Positions 52,761 through 64,000 of a stretch of DNA of 64,000 nucleotides are shown here, piece after piece. This stretch comes from the human T2T-CHM13v2.0 reference genome, Homo sapiens. The stretch lies in NCBI RefSeq assembly GCF_009914755.1, contig NC_060937.1. The stretch is one strand, 5' to 3'. The position numbers and the translations under genes are program-made. Numbering within the stretch: the stretch's first letter is position 1; each line of letters begins with the position of its first letter. Below the pieces are notes generated by a model that searched no databases, had not been told where the DNA came from, and saw only the letters and a program-made list of their open reading frames with translations.

Positions 52761-55487
52761 AAATAGTATTAAAAACGATGGCTTAGATCAAGATTATAAT
52801 ATACTTTTTTGAAGACTCGAAATTGCAAATTATAGTAGTCCTTCATTTCTCTAAACAATTTATTTTTTCATGAGTAAGACTTAAAAATAATTTAGTCCTA
52901 ATTAAATTACTGGGTAAATTTCCATCAACTTGAGAATTGCATCTTCGTCACATCTTACCTAAAGGACTGCAAGCTACTTGCTTTTCTAAATTCTTGACCA
53001 TTAATGTGGACTACTGCCATGTGATGCTATATTCCAAAGTTCTTAAAACACCTCTATCCCCATGCAACTTTCAAACTATGTAGGTCATATTATCATAATG
53101 TACAACACTACAAGAATCATAATTTTGTCTTAACTGTTCAGTATGAAAATCACGCTTGTGGCAACCACGTAGAACCAAATTAAAATGACTGTAAGAATTG
53201 CAGACAGGTGCACTGGCAGAGGACGATTCCTCACTTTCAACATTTAAGAAAAATTTCCTTGCCAGCCTCTTTTTCCTAATGAGCCATATTGATGATGACG
53301 GATTTTAAAAGAACGAGACTACTACAAAAATCAATGTATTAGTGAGATGAACATATGTTAACTTCCGAAAACGACTGATAAAAAAAGAAAAGATAAAATA
53401 TATTACATTGGTCCCTAGCCTATTACACCATATGTCCTAACTCAAGAACCAGGCGAAATACTGTAATGTGTACATAAAAAATGGAAAGAACTTCCATATA
53501 CTTATATTCCAATTGGAGGGGGGAATGCAGATAAAGAGAGCAGCAACGTAAATAATATCAAGAGAATGGGAACTATTCTCTTTACATTTTTGCTGTTTCC
53601 TCCAAAGTGTTCTTCCACGTTTTGTTCAACAAATTTTAAGTGATTCTAATAATGTACTTTACTCACTTCCTTTAGGCGATGATTCTATGGGCTGGTAGAT
53701 TTTACTGCTTAGAAAATAACACTGAAACATACTCAATTTGTTCTCTCTGTAATTCTAAGTACTTGTTGCAAGTTTGTTAGTTTGCCCTATGCCATGCGTC
53801 TGAGCAAGAACTGTGTATTACATCTGGACTTAGTGCTCAGTAAAATGTTGTTCTTTATTATTTCTTTAAATTGGAGGAGGTATGATTGACATCATTTAAG
53901 AAAATTTTTTAAAATCAAAAACAACATGCAAACATGCAAAGAGGTTTCTCTGGATTCCCCCAGCAACTGCTCTTGCAGAACCTGTTGCTATATCCTTTCC
54001 AATTATACAGAAAGCAACCTATCTCCTTTCTGCGTCAGATTCATGAATCGGCTTTAGGAATTTTCAGGCACCATAAAACTCTGCTAAATCACTTAGCATT
54101 CTGCTTCAGTTTCTCCTAACAGCATTTACTTTGTTTACTTTGCAGTCTTTGAATGCTTCAGTGGCTTTGATGCCCTTATGTCACTATCCAGCCCCAAGAC
54201 AAACCCTGCCCAGGGCAGAGCCTTTGCAGAGTATCATTTAAATGCAGATGAAATAGCCGCTTTCTGGGATCCATTGTTGATGACTCCACTTTGTTCATGA
54301 TGCAGAATATTGCTTCTAGGAAATGATGATGAACTGTTTAAGAACCTTATCGAGTATCTATTTTGACTATATTTCATAAAACAATCTTTCATAGATATAA
54401 AATTTGTAATTCACATAACACTCTTCTGAAAAACATAAATCTGATTCTGTTTTTCTGTACCTGTATTGAAGTACAATTATAGGATCAACTGTCTACATAG
54501 CTGAGTCTTAAAATAAATGTTAACTTTCCACTTTACTTTGCCAATCGTAACTTGGCTGCTTACAATTAAATGTTAGACCATTTTTACCCCCAGGGAACTA
54601 AGATTTGAAAAACTCATATTCCACTACCTAGAAACAAAATAATGGTCTTAGATTTTCTTTTCTCACGAAAAGACACTATTGAAGGTGACTAAGCCAAAGA
54701 TGATTTAGGACATGTTATGTTGTCTGAAGTATGCTGTTCTGAAAAAGAAAACATGCTGGATAGTCGAGCACAGTTTGAGATGATCCAGATAACCAATTTT
54801 TAGTTGGTCCCATCCAGAAAGAGTCCTAAGTGCCTGTACTGAAACAGTTCAGTTTACTAAATTAATTGGGTTTTAGAACTTGAATCCCTAGAATCATGGT
54901 GGTGGTACAACTAATGAGATATTCTCCTGGTAGAATAAGGACTGGCATTTACCACAAAGCAGGGCTGCAAAATTACCTCCCCTGGGCAATGTTAACGTGC
55001 ATCTATTCAAGCCTCTCAGAGAACTGAAATTTAGAAAGATTTAGTCATGGCTGGCTTCCCAATATTGATCAATTTTAAGAATTTATCATTTTCCTAAAAT
55101 GTCCTCTTTCTTTCTCATCTATTTTGGAATGCATACGCACCTCATTAAATTATTATTTTTTGTCTTTTGTGGGTGTGGTTGGTAGTAAAGTATTAAATTC
55201 TTTCCTCAGCTTTATCTTTGAATTCCTTTATGGTGCATCATATGTAAAGCATGGTTACCCAAGCTTCTTTATTTCTCTGCATCAACAAACTATGCATCCA
55301 CCTCAATAATATGTGATAAATTCAAATCTCTATTAGCTTTTTAAAGATTTATAAAATTTCTTTCATTTAAAATAGATTTCTTAATTTTGACTTGCTTATA
55401 CTCTTACATTTTTCCTATTTCTCTAAAGTTCACCCACGTTCAGTATTTATAATTTACACTAGTTCCTTAACATGTAGTGTTTTAATG

Positions 55488-55525
55488 ATTTTATAACACA
55501 ATATTAATTTTATAACACAATATTA
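55488..55525. repeat. Perfect 19-bp tandem duplication (attttataacacaatatta)x2
   Basis: Direct reading. Confidence 0.92.
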
Positions 55526-56212
55526 ATAATATAGTGGACATTTTGAAATGCCACTCCTTATTCCTCAATATATCATTTTAGAAATTGTGATACATTCTAC
55601 TATAATATATATAATTTTTGGTCATTGAATCAAATATTTCAGAACATCAAGAGACTTCACAAGTGTTTCCTCATAGGACTTGGTTTTGTTAATTTTGCAA
55701 CAAAAATAAAAGATTATATGTGGAAATCAGTTTTGCAAGCTGTATCAATAGTTGGAAAAATACTCTTATTTTTATCAAGCATAGTCCAATACTTCATTTT
55801 CCTAAGAAAATAATGACAGATACAGTTAAAGATCTATACACAAACCGAGTTAAAAAGAGCCTGACCCACAGACAGAAATGTGTAACCTATTAATTCATAA
55901 GATAGAGTATTTTTTATAACTGATAAAAATATTTTCAAATAATTTTATAGTATTTTAAAAGGGACAAAATTGTAAGTACAGAATGTCAACAATATGAATA
56001 TGTACATGTATAAGTATATACATATATGAATATATGTGTGTATTATACACATATACACATATGAATCAAAGAGCCTCAGAAAGAAGAGTACCAAAATGTT
56101 AAAATTGGACCTATCTAGGTGGTAAGATTTAGAGGTTTTTGTTCTGTCTGTTTATATTTCTCTATATTTGCTATGGGCATATATTATGCAACAAAGTAAA
56201 AAACTCATTTTT

Positions 56213-56603
<391 letters not shown>

Positions 56604-57119
56604 CTATTTGCACAAGTAAAGTAACTACACCAGAAGTATAAACTCTAGTCTCCCCTATTCCAAAGTCACTCCCTGGGAATGAATCAAACAACAAAGATGT
56701 TTCCTGAACCCTTACAAAGAGTCAGGCACCATTTAATCACCATCAAAGCACCAAATAAATCCCAGAGGCCCCAGATCGAGGCAGTATGTGGGCCATCAAC
56801 TCCGCAGGCACCTGCTAAGTAGCATCTCTGTGCACACTTAAAGCACACCTAGGAAACTTTTCTGGCAGTAAGTGATTAGGCTACATATGTGACCAACAAG
56901 CAATTCCCCTCACTTCAATAGCAAAATAAAAGGGGAAATAAATGAAGTTACTTCCCTTTTGTACTCAGTTGATAAAACAAGTCTCAAATTGAACAATTGG
57001 CCCATTTTACCTTTAATAATGCCTTAGTTCACACTATGTTTTTTTTTTTACAGGTATTGATCTTAAAATTATAAAATCTTAGACTTTCAAGAGCGTTTAT
57101 AAATCATCTCGACATCTGA

Positions 57120-57290
57120 GTCTCCACAGTTAAAGTCCATACAAATGATCTGGAGATATTGTTAAAATGAATTTCCTGAGCTCCACCTTCAGAAATTCTG
57201 ATTTGACGGGCTAGAAATTTATACTGGAAAAACATCTCCAGTGTAACTAGGATTCGGGTGGCCTGTGGATAACTTTTTTTTGCACTTGAA
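57120..57290. mobile_element. MER5-like hAT-Charlie remnant
   Basis: ctggagatattgttaaaatgaatttcctgagctccaccttcagaaattctgatt...aacatctccagtg. Confidence 0.6.
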
Positions 57291-57607
57291 CTGTGGTTCT
57301 CATACCTATAAAATCCTTTGAAAACACAATTAACAAATACATTCATTTCCTAAAAAGGGAGAAAAGAATAATCGTTAGCAAGTTTAAGATTACCTATACA
57401 TCTTTAAGTTATATTTATTTGACACAACCAGGTGACTTCCACATCCTCATTTATGTTCACAGCACTCCAGTTTGGTAAAATAAAATTTAGAAAACACAAT
57501 AAAACAAACTAAAAACAAAACTACCCTAGTAGATCAAAGAAATAGAACTAACATTGGCTTCAGTAGACCCTCAATACTTTACTAAAAAGTCAGTAGTGTT
57601 ATAGAAT

Positions 57608-57894
57608 TCTTTTCTTTTTTCTTTCTTCTTCCTTTATTTCTTTCTTTTTTTATTTTTTATTTTTTTTTTATTTTGAGACAGGGTGTCTGTCTGTAGTCCA
57701 GGCTGGAGTACAGTGGAGTGATTATAGCTCTGGGACTACGAGCACATGTTGCCACACCTGGCTATTTTTTTATTTTATAGGGATGGGAACTCGCTATGTT
57801 GACCAGTCCAGTGTTAAACTCCTGGCCTAAATTGATCCTCTGACATTGGCCTCCTAAAGTGTTTGTATTACAGGCATGAGCCACCATGCTCAGA
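57608..57894 (-). mobile_element. AluJ with an internal deletion and a long T-rich tail
   Basis: gagacagggt...gattatagctc|tgggactac; actcctggcctaaattgatcctc. Confidence 0.88.
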
Positions 57895-58791
57895 TGTTTT
57901 ATAATTTTGAAGAGGGAATCTCCAAGAAGTTCAACTGGTTTGTAACAATTTCTAAAGCAGAGGAAACTTTTCCACTAGGCACAGTAAGCACAATAGCAAG
58001 GCTCCACACTATTTTTAACATTCAATAAACTGTTTTACCTTCTTTTATGGTTAGAAAAACAATTGACCTCTAAGAAGAAAATGTTTTAATACATATTATC
58101 AAGATATTTGTCTTTATATCAACACAAATATAACATATAATTTTTAATGAGAAAAAGGAACCATGATGGCAAAGTTGCTTAGGGACCATGAAAGTTAAAT
58201 TCTTGCCCACTCCTTTAAATAACTAGGCTTGCTCTTATTTGTTAATCTCACTACCCTGACAGACATTCAATTCTGCCCTTGCCAACCCTGGGTCCTCAAA
58301 AGCCTCCTCACCATATATCTTTGTTTGTGCTTCCAAACTGTCAGGCTCAGTTGACTGACATCACTAAAAACATGTGTGAAATAGCTTACTTGGGCTTCAA
58401 ATGGCCTGTCCTGAATTTTCAATGCTCTGTGTCAATCACTACCTCTAGCAGCAATGCTTAATCTTATGAGCTTTCAAGCTCGCAATGTTTTCCTGGTCGC
58501 TTATTCTCTGCAGACAAATTTCCTTTATTAAGGTATTTAAGGACTCCGGGAAATTTTTTCCTTTATATTTGGGCTCCTTCTTATGCATAATCTTTATAGC
58601 ATTACCACTCCTTTTCTTTCCCTCTTTTCTTCCTTGCTCCCTCCCTTACTGTCTCTCTTCCTCCCTTCCGTCTTCTCTCTTCCTTTCTTCCTACGTCTGA
58701 AAAAAGAAAGTCACTGTTCTAGTTGAATACACCCTTCTATTTTTAAATTTGTTTCTGCATAGTTACTAATAACTTTTGTTGCCATTTCTCT

Positions 58792-58852
58792 ATTTTTTTT
58801 TTTGAGGTAACGTTTCACTCTGTCACCCAGACTGGAGTGCAGTGGTACAATT
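58792..58852 (-). mobile_element. Short Alu 3' fragment
   Basis: Poly(T), then gaggtaacgtttcactctgtcacccagactggagtgcagtgg. Confidence 0.85.
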
Positions 58853-58854
58853 CC

Positions 58855-59900
<1,046 letters not shown>

Positions 59901-59972
59901 ATTTTTTTTTTACTAACAACTTAAATCTTTAAAGACTTGGAGAAATTATAGGCCTGTAAAAATACACACATA

Positions 59973-60726
59973 CAAATTAGTATAGCCATTATGGACAACA
60001 GTATGGAGGTTCCTACAAAACTAAAAATAGAATTACCATATGATTCAACAATCCCACTACTGGGCAGATATCCCAAGGAAAGGAAGTCAGTATGTTGAAG
60101 AGTTATCTGCATTCCAATGTTTATTATAGCACTATTCGAAATAGCCAAGATGGAAATCAACCTATGTATCCGTCACAAAAAGAATAAAGAAAATGTGGTA
60201 TAGTATACACAATGGAATGCTATTCAGCCACAAAAAGAATGAAATTCTATCATTTGTGGTGACATGGATGAGGTTGGAGGACATTGTGAAGTGAAATCAG
60301 CCCAGGTACAGAGAGAGAAATACTGCATGATCTAACTTATATGTGGAAGCTAAAACAGTTGTTTTTTTAGTAGAGAGTAGAAGACTGGTTACTAGAGACC
60401 AGGAAAGTAGGAGGAAGGGAGACTAGCTAGAGGTTGGTTATCATTTACAAAAGTAGAGTTACATAAAAAGAATAAGTTCCAATGTTTTATAGTACTATAG
60501 GGTAACTATAATTAACAATTTATTGTATATTCTCAAATAGCTAGAAGAAAGGATTTTGATGTTCCCAAGGCAAAAAATAGGTGTTTGAAGTGCCGGATAT
60601 GCTAATAACTCTGATTTGATAGTTACACATTGTACACATGTATTGAAATATCCCACTGTTCCCCAATAATACGTACAATTATTTTGTGCCAATTAAAAAT
60701 AATGATAAAACCAAAAAATAAAAAAG
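59973..60726 (+). mobile_element. L1MA (MA4-6-like) 3' end
   Basis: gccattatggacaacagtatggaggttcct...aagaataagttcc...ggtaactataattaacaat...A-rich tail. Confidence 0.9.
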
Positions 60727-61109
60727 AGAACTTTTATTCTAGTAATATGATTTAAAACATAATAATGAGGTCCAAGATCATAGAGATAATGAGCATAATT
60801 GGTTTTTGTTCTAGTGTTTCTGTTGTTTTTCTTCATTTTCTAACACAATTTTAGCACAACTTTAAAAGTTTTTGAACAAATTTTGAGTAATTGTGAAACT
60901 GATTTAGGAGAGGTGCAGAGGAACCCTCATTCATAGGGAAGTGGGAGCATAACACAAATATTTTAAAGCTATGCATCCAAAACTTAGGTGTTTACTATTA
61001 TTATGCTATAAATTCTGTGAGTACAGAGATCTTGTGTTTTTTATATTCACCACTTTCCATGCCTTGTTGAAAAACAAACAAGTTATATAAACTTTAAATA
61101 TGCACACAT

Positions 61110-62700
61110 TTAATAATTATTTAGTAAGTGCTGACTACATGCCCAGCACTATTCTAGACACTTTAGATACATCAATGAACAAAGCAGAAAAAAAAATCCT
61201 CCAAAAAGTTTATATCTGGTAGAAATATTCTATCAAAAACAAACACATAAAATCTAAAATGTTCAGATGGTGATAAATGCTATGGTATAAAATTAATTAG
61301 GGCAGGGAATGAGACAGGGTATGTGGGAGTTGAATACTATAATTTTAGATGGAGAAGTCATGGCAGACATCCCTAAAAAAGTATAATTTTTGCAAAGACT
61401 TCGAAGATGTGAAAGAGCCAGACATGTAGATATCTAATGATAGATAATTGTAGGAAGGAATAAAAGGAAGTGCAGAAGTCCTGTGGCAAAATAAGGTATA
61501 TATACCTCACACTTCTGAGGAACAGCAGGAAGGCCAGCATCACAGTAACTGAGCGAGACATAGATTCAGGAGTGGAAAATGAAATCAGAGAGGGTTAGGG
61601 TACAGATTATGTAACGTCTTGTGAGCCTTCACCTTTTTTCAATGTATGATGGGCAACAATTAATAGCTTCAAGCAGAGTTGTGGCATCATCTAAATTGCA
61701 CCCCAAAAGATGTCCCGGGCTGCTAGATACATGTATGGAGACTAGGGAAACAAGAATGGTGGAATAGAGAGGACGGATAGAAACTTTGGGGAGGGTGCCA
61801 AGCCATTCATGAGGGGCCCGTATTCATGACCCAAACACCTCCCAGTAGGCCCCACCTCCAACTGGGGATCACATTTCAACATGAGATTTGGAGGGGACAA
61901 TCATCCAAACTATATCATTTGCTAAGGTATTCAACCCAAATTGTGAGAGAAAGAAAGGAATGGGAAGTGATATAAATGACTTCAGCCTGAGTAACTCAAA
62001 TTGTCAATTTTTATGATGCCGAAGGCTATAAGAAAAGTAGATTCGAGAAGTACCAAGAAGTCAGTTTTGTACATGGTACATTGGGATGTCTACTAGCTAT
62101 CTAAGTGTAAATGTCAACTCTACAGACAAATGTATGAGTCTGGTGTTCAGGAAAAAGGTCCAGGCTGCATAGATAAATTTTTGTCATCGTTGTATAGATA
62201 GTATTTAGTTTCATCAGCACTGTTGAAAATATCAACATGGTGAGTATAGACAGAAAAGAGAAGAAGGGCAAGAAGCAATTTTAGAAGCAAGAAGCAAGCT
62301 CCCGGGCTCACACAGAGAGGAAGTAGTCAGTGGGGCAGGAAGGAAACTAGGAGATATTGAAGTTTTGGAAGACAAGTGAAACCAATATTTGAAAAAGACA
62401 AAAATGATTATCTGTTTCAAATGCTAAATTCAAGTAAGATAGGTCTGAGAAATAGCAAGTAAATTTTACAGAGTGTTGGATATCGGTAACTTTCAAAAGA
62501 GCAGTTTCAGAGGAGTGGTAAAGACAAAAAAGACTGATGAAGGAGTTTAGAGATAAAATGAAGAGAAATTGAAGACAGTAGGCAGCAAAACTCACAAGGA
62601 GTTTTATTTTCAAGGGGAACAGAGAAAACGAGTAAAATTAAGGATATGGGGTAAAGAGAGAAAGAGATGGGGTTGTACTATTTTTAAAGTAATACGGAGG
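61110..62700 (-). mobile_element. L2a-like fragment chain
   Basis: gtgctgactacatgcccagcactattctagacact...aatgaacaaagcag; ctgaggaacagcaggaaggccagc; tcaaatgctaa...gtaagataggtctgagaa. Confidence 0.75.
61790..61917 (-). mobile_element. MST (MSTB-like) MaLR LTR fragment
   Basis: catgacccaaacacctccc...ggccccacctccaac...atttcaacatgagatttggagggg...atccaaactatatca. Confidence 0.85.
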
Positions 62701-62783
62701 AATTGCAAAAACAATTATCTCCTGATTTTCAGATCTCCCATGCATGTTATATGTAAGTTTTTAAATAGAAATAACCCGGTCAA

Positions 62784-63108
<325 letters not shown>

Positions 63109-64000
63109 TCAAGATATACATTACAAAATAATATTTTTTTCGGGATAATGCGAATGTTCTCTTGAGAAAAATTAATCACCTTACTAAAAGGGTACAGAAC
63201 TAGTAAAACTTGTATGTATGTATCTTAGGAAGTATTTTTAAATATTGCTCAAGAAATATTTATTAATCAAAAAATAAACCATAGTCTAGATATCTAGGTA
63301 GGCAATGAATTTACTAAAAAATCTAAAATATGATTTTTAGGATATATGATGATAATTCAATAGTAAGCAACCAAGATGTAGGATTGAGTGTGTTATACCG
63401 GTATACGAAAAAGTGTTACAGTCTCTCACATTCTGATAAACTCTAATTTGAATTACAAAGAAAAGCACTTAAAATTTTCCAAGAAATAAATTCTAATAGG
63501 AGGAGAATTTATAGTATTTTGTTTATATTGTAACTGATTAGTTAAGATTACAAAACTATATATCACACTTAATAAATATTTTAAAATAAAAGTTTTAATG
63601 CAGAAAACAACATTATATAGAGTTTATATAATTTTAGTTATCATTTTAGTAGTAAAAAGTAAAATTTGAGGGAAAATACTTATCTTTCTAAACACTGGTT
63701 TCTAGAATACTAGATTGGGTGCTTTACAAGTTAATAAGCCTTATTGCACACATTGAACTTATTAGTATCCACTCTGTCACTTGTGAAAATTAAATAGGGT
63801 AAAGAAACAAAAATATTGATATCACATCTATACATTAAATATATATCAATCACTTAATGATAAAGCAAAAAGGAATGACTACATAAGAATGAAACCTTAC
63901 TATTTTGTGTGACTCCCTCTTACCTCTGTGTTCTATCCTCCATGCTAAGTCTTGGAAGAAGTGCTATCATGAAGATGTTGAGAGAGAAGCTAATGTTATT

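Overview
AT-rich primate (very probably human) genomic DNA with the look of a gene desert or a deep intron. I found no protein-coding exon, RNA gene or CRISPR-type array. The longer ORFs in the track are by-products of repeats (Alu, MER52 LTR, LTR7, L1, L2); the rest look like chance frames in AT-rich sequence. The window is a layered record of retroelements: about 15 Alus, L1 3' fragments, L2/MIR relics, MaLR and MLT2 LTRs, solo ERV1 LTRs (LTR27-like, MER52) and a structurally complete 8.2-kb MER4-group (MER65-like) provirus with two LTRs, a Leu-tRNA PBS, a PPT and an env relic. There is also a well-preserved 450-bp HERV-H solo LTR7 with a perfect 5-bp TSD and sequence typical of the pluripotency-active LTR7up type. 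The best functional hypothesis is an LTR7-driven stem-cell promoter/enhancer: a strong splice donor lies about 270 bp downstream and Oct/Sox-like motifs flank it. Several fold-back (template-switch) rearrangements are also visible inside repeats. I cannot support a previously undescribed biological system from the sequence alone. Repeat family names come from recalled consensus sequences, not a database search, and boundaries of old elements are approximate.
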